Shown: in pieces, positions 9,978 through 19,345 of the stretch | Layout: every line of letters begins with the position of its first letter | Position numbering within the stretch: position 1 is the stretch's first letter | Source: Sphingopyxis sp. | GTDB lineage: Bacteria; Pseudomonadota; Alphaproteobacteria; Sphingomonadales; Sphingomonadaceae | NCBI RefSeq assembly: GCF_965227415.1 | Contig: NZ_OZ245749.1 | Span: 155,653 to 219,652 of the forward strand | Direction of reading: 5' to 3' | DNA length: 64,000 bases | Translations under genes and position numbers: made by a program | The notes under the pieces: model-generated | Told to the model about the DNA's origin: nothing | Databases searched by the model: none | The model's input: the letters and a program-made list of their open reading frames with translations, nothing else

Positions 9978-11084
9978 TTGGCCTATTTGCTCGCGCCTAC
10001 GCGTCGCCGATTGCTGGGAGCAGGAATTTCGGTCGCATTTCTTCCGATAGCCACGGCGGGCGGCGACCGCCCCTTGCGCGTCAGCCTGCTCGGTCAGGCG
10101 CTGATCAAGAAGGATTTGCGAACGATCGGATGGCAGGGGCTCGGCGAATTCCGGCGTCTGTTGAGCGCCAGCGACGCTGTCTTCACCGACCTCGAGACCG
10201 TGATCGCCGGGCCGCTCGCTGGACAATCGACGCGCCCCGCCGACAGCGAAGTCCTTCACGTCGGCGATGCGTCGGTCATCGATTGCCTCCGCGCGATCGG
10301 CGTCAATATCGTCGCGACCTCCAATAACCACGCCTGGGATCTCGATACCGGAGGCATCCTGTCGACGATCGACGCGCTGCGCGAGCGCAAAATGGCCTTT
10401 GCAGGCACGGGCCGCGACTTGGCCGAGGCGAGCGCGCCGGGTCTGTTGCAGGGGTATGCGAAGGTCGCGCTCGTCGCAGCGGCGGCCGGGGCGATCCGCG
10501 ATGGCGCCGCCGCGACCGCCGACCGCGCGGGCGTCAACGAATTGCGGCGCGACGCCGATGGCGCGTTGAACGCGGTCGATATCGAGCGCTATCTCGCGGC
10601 GATCCGCCTGGCGGCGGGCAGCGGCGCGACGGTGATTGCCTATCTGCACAGCCATTATTGGGAGCCGCGCAAGTCCGACACCCCCGAATGGCAGCGCGAC
10701 CTCGCGCGCCGCGCGATCGAGGCGGGAGCGGTTACCTTCGCTGCGCATGGCGTCCCCGAAATGCAGGGCATCGAATATTACCGCGGCGCGCCGCTGTTCC
10801 ACGGGCTTGGCTCTTTCGTCTTCCAGTCCGAAAAGCCCGACGGCGCTTACGGTGCCGAAGCGTGGCAATCGATCATTGCCCATCTCGAAATTCGCGCGGG
10901 CAATGTCGCGGCGGTCAAGCTGACGCCCGTGCAGCTTGACGCGAAGGGAGTTATGGTCGGCGGATCGCAGGTCAGGGGAACCCCCCATATTGCGCGAGGC
11001 GCCAACGCGCGCATCATTCTCGATCGGGTCGAGGCACTCACCCGATCCTTCGGCAACGCAGCCCTTCCAGCCCCGGCGAATTAG
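9978..11084 (+). CDS. CapA family (PGA_cap metallophosphatase-like) protein with Tat-type signal
   Basis: TTG start 7 nt after AGGGAGGG. TRRRLLGAG twin-arginine motif. Core IVATSNNHAWDLDTGG and AFAGTGRDLAEA resemble CapA/YwtB-type proteins. Confidence 0.75.
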   Translation: MAYLLAPTRRRLLGAGISVAFLPIATAGGDRPLRVSLLGQALIKKDLRTIGWQGLGEFRRLLSASDAVFTDLETVIAGPLAGQSTRPADSEVLHVGDASVIDCLRAIGVNIVATSNNHAWDLDTGGILSTIDALRERKMAFAGTGRDLAEASAPGLLQGYAKVALVAAAAGAIRDGAAATADRAGVNELRRDADGALNAVDIERYLAAIRLAAGSGATVIAYLHSHYWEPRKSDTPEWQRDLARRAIEAGAVTFAAHGVPEMQGIEYYRGAPLFHGLGSFVFQSEKPDGAYGAEAWQSIIAHLEIRAGNVAAVKLTPVQLDAKGVMVGGSQVRGTPHIARGANARIILDRVEALTRSFGNAALPAPAN

Positions 11085-11688
11085 CCTCGGCTCACCGCCC
11101 GAAAGATTTTCTTCATCGCAAAACGGCGTCGCGGCGGTTGACGAAACCAATATCAATCTTTTAAGTTGAGATTGTCACTCGGAGCTGGTCGAGACGGGTG
11201 ACGGGCTCTCCCGCTCTCTTCTTCGACCCGCGGCTTTTGAACGGGAAAGCAGCTTGCTCCGCGTTACCAACGGCTAAAGCGCGTGATGCTCGGGCGACAT
11301 CGCCAGGCATTGCGTTCCCCCTGAAGGGGTATTGCGATGCGTATGTGTAGCACCAGACTTTAAACGATCGCCGATCCTGCGCGTGGGGTAGCGGACCGAC
11401 CGCACCCCGCTCCGCGCAGCGGCGCCTCCCATAGCTCCTGTCGCTTCTCTCCTCACGCGAGGCGTTGCGGCCGAACGTCCGGCGCGTCTGCGCCGGCGCG
11501 GGAACGATCATGCCTTTGCTGACCCAATCCGACCTGTCGGATCTGGCTCGCTATCCTGCGTCCCTGCGCAGCGCCGCCCGTGCGCTGTGGGGCGACGGGC
11601 TGGCGTCCGCCCGATCCGACGCGCCGCGCCGCGCCATCATTCATCACACAAAAAAGGGGGCGGGATCGCCGCCCGGGGACCCATTATA

Positions 11689-14100
11689 ATGACCAAATTC
11701 TCTCCCGATGATCGCTTGAAGCTTTTGCTCGGCGCCGCGTTGCTGGTTCCAGCGACGCCTGCCTTTGCCGCGGAAACGGCCGCCGACGACGCGAGCGCAG
11801 CCGCCGAGGCGGCGGTTCCTGTCGGTATCGACGATGGCGACTATGCCAACGAAATCATCGTATCGGCGCGCCGCCGCGACGAAAGCGCGCAGGACGTTCC
11901 GATCGCGCTGTCGGTCATCGGGTCCGAAGCGCTGGAGGCGACGGGCAATTATACGCTGACCCAAGTGCAGCAGATCGTTCCCAGCCTGCAGGTATTCAGC
12001 TTCAACCCGCGCAACACCAATATCAACATCCGCGGCCTCGGCAGCAATGTCGCGCTGACCAACGACGGGCTTGAAAACGGCGTCGGCTTCTATATCGACA
12101 ATGTCTATTATGGCCGCGTCGGCCAGACCCAGTTCGACCTGGTCGACTTGCAGCAGATCGAGGTGTTGCGCGGGCCACAAGGGACGCTGTTCGGCAAGAA
12201 CACGACCTCGGGCGCCATCAACATCTCATCGCGTCGGCCGAGCTTCGACCCCGAATTTTCGGGCGAGGCGAGCGTCGGCGATTATGGCTATTACCAGCTG
12301 CGCGGATCGGCGTCGGGCGGGCTGATCGACGACCTGCTCGCGGTGCGCCTGAGCGGTTCGGTGACCGAGCGGCGCGGTTTGCTCTACAACACGACCCAGA
12401 ACGAACGCGCCCAGGACTATTCGAACTGGAGCGTGCGCGGGCAATTGCTGTTCACGCCGAGCGCCGATCTCGAGGTCAAGATCATCGGCGATTTCTCTCG
12501 GCAGAAGCAGAACCACGTCCTCAACGTCTTCGCCGGCTATTTCGGCACTTATGACAATGGGGTCGTCATTCCGAACAATTTCGCGGCGCGCGCGGCGCGC
12601 TTTCCGACCTACAGCTTCCCGACGATCGATCCCTTCGCGCGGCGCGGCGAAGCGAACAGCCATTATCAGTCGAACATGGACGGCTATGGCGTATCGGGGC
12701 AGGTCGATTGGGACATTGGTGCTGCCAAGCTGACGTCGATCACCGCCTATCGCTGGTGGGACTGGAACCCTTCGAACGACGGCGATTCGACGTCGCTGCC
12801 CGTGATCACCAAGGCGCAACAAGCGAACCGCCAGCGTCAGTTCAGCCAGGAAGTCCGTCTCGCCTCCGACAGCGACGGCCCGATCAACTATGTCGTGGGC
12901 GCCTATTATTTCTGGCAGGTCATCCGCGGCAAAGGGGCGACCGCATACGGTCCCGCCGCGGGCCTGTGGAACCTGCCGACCGTGCCGGTGGCGGTCAGCA
13001 ACGCGGCGCTCAACGGCTTCGAAGCCAATTCGACCTCCGACCCGCGCACGCGCAGCTATGCCCTGTTCGGCCAGCTCGACTGGAAATTCACCGATCAGCT
13101 GACGCTGACCGCGGGCCTGCGCTTCACGCACGAGAAAAAGGACGGGTCGTTCAACCAGTTCCATGTCGCGGGGATCGACCTGTCGACGCTTCCTGCGGCG
13201 ACGGCCGCCGCGGCGCTCGCCATCCGCAACCAGTTCAATCCGCTGACCAGCTATTCGACCGCCTTTACCGACAACAGCCTGTCTGGCCTCGCAACATTGT
13301 CGTGGCAGTTCAGCGACGATGCGCTCGCCTATGCGACCTTCTCGCGCGGCAACAAATCGGGCGGGCTCAACCTGACCGCGCTGCCGGCCGGTATCGATCC
13401 CGACGTCGCCCCGGAAAAGGTCGACAGCTATGAGCTGGGCGTCAAGTCGCAATGGCTCGACCGCCGCGTGACGCTCAACGTGGCGGGGTTTTGGACGGAG
13501 ATCAGCGACTATCAGACCGCGATCATCGAACAGGTACCGAATACCGTCAATTTCCGGCAGTATATTGCCAACATCCCCAAGGTGCGATCGCGTGGTTTCG
13601 AAAGCGACCTGACCTTCGCGCCCAGCAAGCGCGCGAGTTTCTATGCCTCGGTCGCCTATGCCGACACGACGTACAGCGACTATCCGAATGCGCCGCAAGC
13701 GCCGGAGCGGCTCTACCTCGGTTCGATCCAGGACCTGACCGGCAAACAGCTGCCGGGGGTACCGAAATTCACCTATACGCTGGGCGGCGATGTTTCCGCG
13801 CCGCTCGGCAATCTGGGCGGGCGCGACCTGTCGCTGTATGCCCATGCCGATTATTCGCACCGCTCGACGTTCAACACCTCGTCGAGCGACAGCCGCTACG
13901 CCGATGTTCCGGCCTATGGCATCGCCAACGCGCGGATCGGCTTCAAGACCGACGACGGCTTGCTCGACGTGTCGATCTGGGCGCGTAATCTGTTCGACAA
14001 GGATTATTTCCAGACGCTGTCGCCGGCCGTCACCGGCCTCGTTACCGCGCTGATCGGCGAACCGCGCACGATCGGCGCGACGCTGCGGACGAAGCTCTGA
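11689..14100 (+). CDS. TonB-dependent receptor
   Basis: Signal peptide MTKFSPDDRLKLLLGAALLVPATPAFA, plug (IIVSARRRDESAQDVP...IEVLRGPQGTLFGKNTTSGAINI), and a C-terminal barrel ending RTKL. Confidence 0.9.
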   Translation: MTKFSPDDRLKLLLGAALLVPATPAFAAETAADDASAAAEAAVPVGIDDGDYANEIIVSARRRDESAQDVPIALSVIGSEALEATGNYTLTQVQQIVPSLQVFSFNPRNTNINIRGLGSNVALTNDGLENGVGFYIDNVYYGRVGQTQFDLVDLQQIEVLRGPQGTLFGKNTTSGAINISSRRPSFDPEFSGEASVGDYGYYQLRGSASGGLIDDLLAVRLSGSVTERRGLLYNTTQNERAQDYSNWSVRGQLLFTPSADLEVKIIGDFSRQKQNHVLNVFAGYFGTYDNGVVIPNNFAARAARFPTYSFPTIDPFARRGEANSHYQSNMDGYGVSGQVDWDIGAAKLTSITAYRWWDWNPSNDGDSTSLPVITKAQQANRQRQFSQEVRLASDSDGPINYVVGAYYFWQVIRGKGATAYGPAAGLWNLPTVPVAVSNAALNGFEANSTSDPRTRSYALFGQLDWKFTDQLTLTAGLRFTHEKKDGSFNQFHVAGIDLSTLPAATAAAALAIRNQFNPLTSYSTAFTDNSLSGLATLSWQFSDDALAYATFSRGNKSGGLNLTALPAGIDPDVAPEKVDSYELGVKSQWLDRRVTLNVAGFWTEISDYQTAIIEQVPNTVNFRQYIANIPKVRSRGFESDLTFAPSKRASFYASVAYADTTYSDYPNAPQAPERLYLGSIQDLTGKQLPGVPKFTYTLGGDVSAPLGNLGGRDLSLYAHADYSHRSTFNTSSSDSRYADVPAYGIANARIGFKTDDGLLDVSIWARNLFDKDYFQTLSPAVTGLVTALIGEPRTIGATLRTKL

Positions 14101-15452
14101 TGAACAGCGCCCCCCCCCCGACCGCGGGCCAGCTCGCGCGCTTCTCTGCGGTCGCGGTGCCGCTCGCCGCCGCTGGATTGCCGCTGGGTGTCTATCTGCC
14201 GGCGATTTACGCCCGCGACTATGGCCTGTCGTTGACCGTGATCGGCGTCATCTTCCTGCTTGGCCGGCTATGGGATGCAATCGCCGATCCAGTGATGGGA
14301 TCGCTCAGCGACCGCACCCGCAGCCGCTATGGTCGTCGCAAGCCGTGGATCGCGGCGGGTGGGGTAGTGTTCGGGCTTTCGTCGATCTTCCTCTTTTTCC
14401 CACCCTTCGGGGTGACGCCGCTGTCGCTCGGGATCGTCCTGTTCTTTTTCTATCTCGGCTGGACCGCGGTGCAGATCCCGTTTCAGGCCTGGTCGGGCGA
14501 AGTGTCGGGCGACTATCACCAGCGCACGCGCATCGCGACTTATCAGACCGTCGTGACGTCGAGTGCTTTGTTGTTGACGCTGATTTTGCCGACGATCTCC
14601 GACCAGCTGCACCCCGGCGACGGGCGTCTGCAGCTGTCGCTGATGGGCGGACTGGTGCTGCTCTCGATCGTCCCGGCGCTGGTCCTGACGCTGACGGCGC
14701 TCCGCGAACCGCCGCTGCCGCCGATCCCGGTGAGCAAGCCCAGCCTCAAGGAAACGATCCGCGCGATCATTGGCGAGCCGCTGCTCCTTCGCGTCCTCGC
14801 CTCCGATTTCGCGGTGACGCTGGCGCAGAACATCCGCGCCGCGCTGATCGTCTTTTTCGTCACCTTTTACATGGGCCGACCCGAATGGGCGGGCGGTCTG
14901 TTCCTGTTCCAGTTCGTCTTCGGGATTTTCGCCGGACCGATCTGGCTGAAGATCGGGCGCCGCTATGGCAAGCATCGCACCGCGGTGGCAGGCGAGCTGG
15001 TGCAGGTCGCAGTGAACCTGTCGCTGTTGCTCGTCACCCCCGACACCTTCCCGTTACTGCTCGCGTTGACGCTGGCGCAGGGACTCGCGCAGGGGTCGGG
15101 CAATCTGATGCTGCGCGCGATCGTCGCCGACGTCGCCGACAAGCACCGCCTCGACAGCGGCGAGGATCGCACGGGGCTTTATTATTCGGTGTTCAGTCTT
15201 GCCGGGAAGACCGCGACGGCGGTCGCGGTCGGTGTCGCGCTGCCGCTCGTCAGCTGGCTCGGTTTCGATCCCAAGGGCGCGAACAGCCCTGCGGCGCTGA
15301 GCGGATTGCTGGTCGTCTTCGCGCTCGGCCCCGCCATCGCCCACGCCTTTTCCGCTGCCCTGATCGCGCGCTTCCCGCTCGACGAGGCCGCGCATGCCGA
15401 AATTCGCCGACAGCTCGATCCGGGGCCGCCCGACTATGCGTTCGCCGAATAA
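14100..15452 (+). CDS. MFS transporter, GPH (glycoside-pentoside-hexuronide:cation symporter)-like
   Basis: DPVMGSLSDRTRSRYGRRKPW motif and 12-TM-like hydrophobicity. The ATG overlaps the TBDR stop (TGATG). Confidence 0.8.
   Translation: MNSAPPPTAGQLARFSAVAVPLAAAGLPLGVYLPAIYARDYGLSLTVIGVIFLLGRLWDAIADPVMGSLSDRTRSRYGRRKPWIAAGGVVFGLSSIFLFFPPFGVTPLSLGIVLFFFYLGWTAVQIPFQAWSGEVSGDYHQRTRIATYQTVVTSSALLLTLILPTISDQLHPGDGRLQLSLMGGLVLLSIVPALVLTLTALREPPLPPIPVSKPSLKETIRAIIGEPLLLRVLASDFAVTLAQNIRAALIVFFVTFYMGRPEWAGGLFLFQFVFGIFAGPIWLKIGRRYGKHRTAVAGELVQVAVNLSLLLVTPDTFPLLLALTLAQGLAQGSGNLMLRAIVADVADKHRLDSGEDRTGLYYSVFSLAGKTATAVAVGVALPLVSWLGFDPKGANSPAALSGLLVVFALGPAIAHAFSAALIARFPLDEAAHAEIRRQLDPGPPDYAFAE
14110..14119 (+). 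repeat. C10 homopolymer inside codons 4-7 of the MFS/GPH gene
   Basis: Read directly: agcg cccccccccc gacc. It encodes Ala-Pro-Pro-Pro. Confidence 0.95.
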
Positions 15453-15484
15453 CCCCCGCCGTCCAACCGCTTAGGAGAATGATC

Positions 15485-16438
15485 ATGACGGACCTTCACA
15501 ACAGCTACGCCAATGCCCGCGACAAAAGTATCGACCTCGACGTCACCCCGGTGACCGGCACCATCGGTGCCATCGTCAACAACGTGCAATTGTCGGGGGA
15601 TCTGCCTGCGGCCACCGTACAGGCGATCCAGGCCGCGCTGGTACGGCACAAGGTGCTGTTCTTTCGCGACCAGCAGCATCTGATCGACGCCGAGCATGAA
15701 GATTTCGCCGCATTGCTCGGCGACCCGATCGCGCACCCGACGGTGCCGGTTGCCGAAGGGTCGCGCTATCTGCTCGAACTCGACAGCCGCGAGGGCTATG
15801 CCGCGTCGAGCTGGCACACCGATGTGACCTTCGTCGATGCGTATCCCAAAGCGTCGATCCTGCGCGCGCTGACGATCCCCGAGGCGGGCGGCGACACGCA
15901 ATGGGCGAACGGCGAGACCGCCTATGAAGGTCTGCCCGAAGTGCTGCGTCAGCTTGTCAACACGCTGTGGGCGACGCACACCAACCTTTACGACTATGCT
16001 TCGATCCTGCAGTCGGCGCCCGACAACGACACGGCGCGCGAACGGATCAAGGAGCATCGCAATGTCTTTGCCTCGACGGTCTATGAAACCGAGCATCCGG
16101 TGGTGCGCGTGCATCCGGTGAGCGGCCAGCGCAGCCTGCTGCTCGGCCATTTCGTCAAGCAGTTCGTCGGGTTGAACGCTACCGACAGCGCGCGGCTGTT
16201 CCAGACGCTGCAGGACCATATCACCAAGCCCGAGAATGTCGTTCGCTGGCGCTGGCGCGAGGGCGACGTGGCGATCTGGGACAATCAGGCGACCCAGCAC
16301 CGCGCGACCGCCGATTTCGGGCTGCAGCGCCGGACGCTGCGCCGCGCGACGATCGCGGGCGAGATTCCGGTCGCGATCGACGGACGCAAGAGCCGCACCG
16401 TTCGCAAGGACAAGGCGGTTCAATACGAACCCGCCTGA
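15485..16438 (+). CDS. TauD/TfdA family Fe(II)/2-oxoglutarate dioxygenase (taurine dioxygenase / AtsK alkylsulfatase-like)
   Basis: SWHTDVTF (His-x-Asp facial triad), GGDTQWAN and WDNQATQHRA motifs. AGGAGA lies 6 nt upstream of the ATG at 15485. Confidence 0.85.
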   Translation: MTDLHNSYANARDKSIDLDVTPVTGTIGAIVNNVQLSGDLPAATVQAIQAALVRHKVLFFRDQQHLIDAEHEDFAALLGDPIAHPTVPVAEGSRYLLELDSREGYAASSWHTDVTFVDAYPKASILRALTIPEAGGDTQWANGETAYEGLPEVLRQLVNTLWATHTNLYDYASILQSAPDNDTARERIKEHRNVFASTVYETEHPVVRVHPVSGQRSLLLGHFVKQFVGLNATDSARLFQTLQDHITKPENVVRWRWREGDVAIWDNQATQHRATADFGLQRRTLRRATIAGEIPVAIDGRKSRTVRKDKAVQYEPA

Positions 16439-16500
16439 CGAGATCGGCCGGCGCTTATGGCTCTCCCGATCCTTCCTGTGACTGCGCCGGTCCTGTCTGC

Positions 16501-16545
16501 GGCGCGCCCGGGTTTCATTCGCCCGGGCGCGCCGACCTTTTGATT
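16501..16545 (+). terminator. Rho-independent terminator candidate after the dioxygenase gene
   Basis: Perfect 12-bp stem GGCGCGCCCGGG / CCCGGGCGCGCC with a 9-nt loop, followed by gaccttttgatt. Confidence 0.6.
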
Positions 16546-16562
16546 GCAAAGGGATTTTCCGA

Positions 16563-18218
16563 ATGTTTCGCTTCGCCTCAATGCTCGCTCTTGTCGTCGT
16601 GGCCGCGTCTGTACCGGCGCAGGCCAAGGAGCGGCGGCCGAACCTTCTCGTCATCGTCGCCGACGATCTGGGCTATTCGGACCTCGGCGCGTTCGGCGGC
16701 GAAATCCGGACCCCCAATCTCGACAAGCTGGCGCTTCAGGGCATTCGTCTTGCGGGCTTTCACACCGCACCGACCTGTTCGCCAACGCGTTCGATGCTGC
16801 TGTCGGGAACCGACAATCATCTGGCCGGCCTCGGCACGATGGCGGAGATGATCCGTCCGAACCAAAAGGGCAAGCCGGGTTACGAAGGCTATTTGCGCAG
16901 CGACGTCGCGACGCTGGCCGAGCGTCTCGGCGCCAATGGCTATCGCACGGTGCTGTCGGGCAAATGGCATCTGGGGCTGACGCCGCAGCAGGATCCGCAC
17001 GCGCGCGGCTTTCAGCGCAGCTTTGCGCTGCTGCAGGGCGGGCACAATCATTTCGGCACCGACGCCGATCCCTCAGCCGACCCCGCCACGCGCGGCGTTG
17101 CCACCTATCGCGAAGACGGCAAGGCGGTCGCGCGGCTGCCGTCCGATTTCTATTCGAGCGACTATTTTGCGACCCGCCTGATTGGCTTTCTCGGCGAACG
17201 GCACGGGAAGGCGAGGGGGGAGCAGCCCTTCTTTGCGTATCTCGCCTTTACCGCGCCGCACTGGCCGCTGCAGGCGCCGCCCGAGGATATTGCGCGCTAT
17301 AAAGGCCGCTATGACGAGGGGTTCGACGTGTTGCGCGAGCGGCGGTTGGCGCGGCAGCGAGCGCTCGGCATCCTCGCGCCCGACGTCATCGCCCACACGC
17401 CGCGCAACCGCGACGGCAGCTGGGATTCGCTGACCGCCGACCAACAGCGGCTCGCCGCGCGCAACATGGAAATCTATGCCGCGATGGTCGACCGGCTCGA
17501 CCAGAATGTCGGCCGGGTGATCGAGTCGCTGCGGGCATCGGGCGAACTCGACAACACCGTCATCGTCTTCCTCGCCGACAATGGCGCCGAGGCGCTCGAC
17601 GTCGAAACGACGGGCGCGCAAATGCTGGCCAGTTCGCTTGAAGGCGCCGATAACCGCATCGCCAATCGCGGCGCGGCGTCGTCGTACCTGACCTATGGCG
17701 CCGGCTGGGCGCAGGCCGCGACCGCGCCGTCATGGCTGACCAAGGGGTATCAGAGTGAGGGTGGCACGCGTGCGGTAGCCTTTATCAGCGGTGCTGGCGT
17801 GGCGCGGCGCGAAGGCGTCGAGACCCAATATCTGTCGGTGGCCGACATCGCGCCGACTCTTCTCGATCTGGCCCGAACCGATACGTCCGAGACGCAAATC
17901 GGCGGCCGTACCGTTCGACCGATCACCGGCCGCTCCTGGCTGCGCTGGCTCCGTGATCCGAGCGCGCATGTCTATGGTGCGGAGAATGGGATCGGATCGG
18001 AGCTTTTCGGATCGCGATCGTTTCGCCGCGGTGATTGGAAGCTGACGGACATCGGCGACGGCAACTGGCGCCTGTTCGACATCGCCCGCGATCCCGGCGA
18101 AACGCGCGACCTGTCGCTGTCCGATCCCGACCGGAAAGCGGCTCTGGCCGCGGCCTGGGACGATTATGCCAAGCGCGTTGGCGTTACCTTGCCCGACGCC
18201 ATTCCTTATCGTCCCTGA
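16563..18218 (+). CDS. Arylsulfatase (formylglycine-dependent sulfatase family)
   Basis: Signal peptide, then PNLLVIVADDLGYSDLG and the C-x-P-x-R formylglycine motif (CSPTRSMLLSG). Confidence 0.9.
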   Translation: MFRFASMLALVVVAASVPAQAKERRPNLLVIVADDLGYSDLGAFGGEIRTPNLDKLALQGIRLAGFHTAPTCSPTRSMLLSGTDNHLAGLGTMAEMIRPNQKGKPGYEGYLRSDVATLAERLGANGYRTVLSGKWHLGLTPQQDPHARGFQRSFALLQGGHNHFGTDADPSADPATRGVATYREDGKAVARLPSDFYSSDYFATRLIGFLGERHGKARGEQPFFAYLAFTAPHWPLQAPPEDIARYKGRYDEGFDVLRERRLARQRALGILAPDVIAHTPRNRDGSWDSLTADQQRLAARNMEIYAAMVDRLDQNVGRVIESLRASGELDNTVIVFLADNGAEALDVETTGAQMLASSLEGADNRIANRGAASSYLTYGAGWAQAATAPSWLTKGYQSEGGTRAVAFISGAGVARREGVETQYLSVADIAPTLLDLARTDTSETQIGGRTVRPITGRSWLRWLRDPSAHVYGAENGIGSELFGSRSFRRGDWKLTDIGDGNWRLFDIARDPGETRDLSLSDPDRKAALAAAWDDYAKRVGVTLPDAIPYRP

Positions 18219-18387
18219 CGGGTCTTCTCGGTGTTCAGACGATTCCGGTTGCAATCATTTTCGCTCGAATGTTTTCCCCGGCCCGGAAGGCACGCACCTG
18301 ATTAGCGCAATGATTAGTGCCGCTACAGGCACGCGCGATGCATGGTTCGACAAGTTGACACGTGTGGCACTCGAGCGTGGAGTTGTG

Positions 18388-18801
18388 ATGACCTTTTCCG
18401 GACCATTGGAAGATCGCATGGCGCTTCGCGAACTGCTCGACGCCTATGCCGACGCCGTATGTCGCCACGATGCCGCTGCCTGGGCGACGACATGGGTCGA
18501 AGACTGCCTTTGGGTTCTTCCCGGTTTCGGCGAGTTTTCTGGAAAGGCTCTGGTCGTCGACACATGGCAAACCGCGATGGAGGCGTTTCCCGGTATCGTT
18601 TTTCGGGCCTGGCCGGGTGCTATGACAATCGACGGGGATCGGGCTTCGATGCGATCCTACACGTCCGAGACCTATACGCGCGATGGCGTCACTCACCACG
18701 ACATGGGAGTCTATGACGATATTTGCTCCAAAGTCGGCGGGCGTTGGCATTTCGTGAGCCGCAATTTTCTTCCGCTGCGCCGAGAGCCAGCGGTTCGTTA
18801 G
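18388..18801 (+). CDS. SnoaL-like / NTF2-fold protein
   Basis: RELLDAYADAVCRHDAAAWATTWVEDCLW is typical of the SnoaL-like polyketide-cyclase fold. ORF 18166..18801 is trimmed to the Met at 18388. Confidence 0.6.
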   Translation: MTFSGPLEDRMALRELLDAYADAVCRHDAAAWATTWVEDCLWVLPGFGEFSGKALVVDTWQTAMEAFPGIVFRAWPGAMTIDGDRASMRSYTSETYTRDGVTHHDMGVYDDICSKVGGRWHFVSRNFLPLRREPAVR

Positions 18802-18841
18802 GAAGCATTCTGCCTCCATCATCTGCGATACGACAAAGGGG

Positions 18842-19195
18842 ATGCCGATGAAGATCATCGTCGAAGCAAAGGTCGATATTGATCCGGCGCGTCGTACAGA
18901 GGCCTTGGACGGCGCGCGACAATGGATCGATGGCGCCCAGGCTCAGCCCGGGTGCCTTGGCTATTTCTGGACCGCCGATCCGCATGATCCGGCGCGCATA
19001 CATGTGTTCGAGGAGTGGGACAGCCCTGAGGCTTTGTCTGCTCATCTCGCTGGTTCGCAGTATCGAGGAATGCTCAGCCACATTTCGGCCTATGGCCTGA
19101 CGAACGCGATCAGCCGCAAGTTTGCCGTCGAACGCGAGGGGCCGGTTTATAATGATGCAGGTCTTGCGACCGCCGCTTTCGAGGTATCCAGCTGA
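18842..19195 (+). CDS. Antibiotic-biosynthesis-monooxygenase (ABM)-like small protein
   Basis: About 117 aa with HVFEEWDSPEALSAHLAGSQYRGML, the ferredoxin-like ABM pattern. Confidence 0.65.
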   Translation: MPMKIIVEAKVDIDPARRTEALDGARQWIDGAQAQPGCLGYFWTADPHDPARIHVFEEWDSPEALSAHLAGSQYRGMLSHISAYGLTNAISRKFAVEREGPVYNDAGLATAAFEVSS

Positions 19196-19345
19196 AGGTG
19201 AATAGCCGTGAGGGGCCTCGTGGTCTGCTGCATGTCGTGGGTGTGGCGACGCATATCGCCCGGGCCTCCCCCTCGACTGGAGAGCTCTTCAAATTCGTTA
19301 GAGTTTGTGCGCCCAATTTCCGAAAGCATGAGCACTGTTCAGTAG

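Noticed and set aside
11500-11570. Possible TPP (THI-box) riboswitch upstream of the TBDR; gacctgtcggatctggctcgctatcctgcg is faintly reminiscent of ACCUGAUCUGGAUAAUGCCAGCG.
   Set aside because: There is no CUGAGA element, and the conserved pyrimidine-sensor helix cannot be drawn. The resemblance is limited to a few bases.
14270-16438. A 722-aa ORF that appears to fuse the transporter region to the TauD-like gene.
   Set aside because: Only the last 317 codons, from the Met at 15485 with its own RBS, are TauD-like. The N-terminal part is an out-of-frame shadow of the MFS gene (Arg/Pro-rich).
19196-19345. A possible terminal inverted repeat of another element. GCACTGTTCAG resembles the IS6-family GGCACTGTTGCAAA, and GGGGCCTCGTGG... 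resembles a Tn3-type GGGG start.
   Set aside because: The matches are too short and partial, and there is no partner repeat or transposase, so this cannot be supported from sequence alone.
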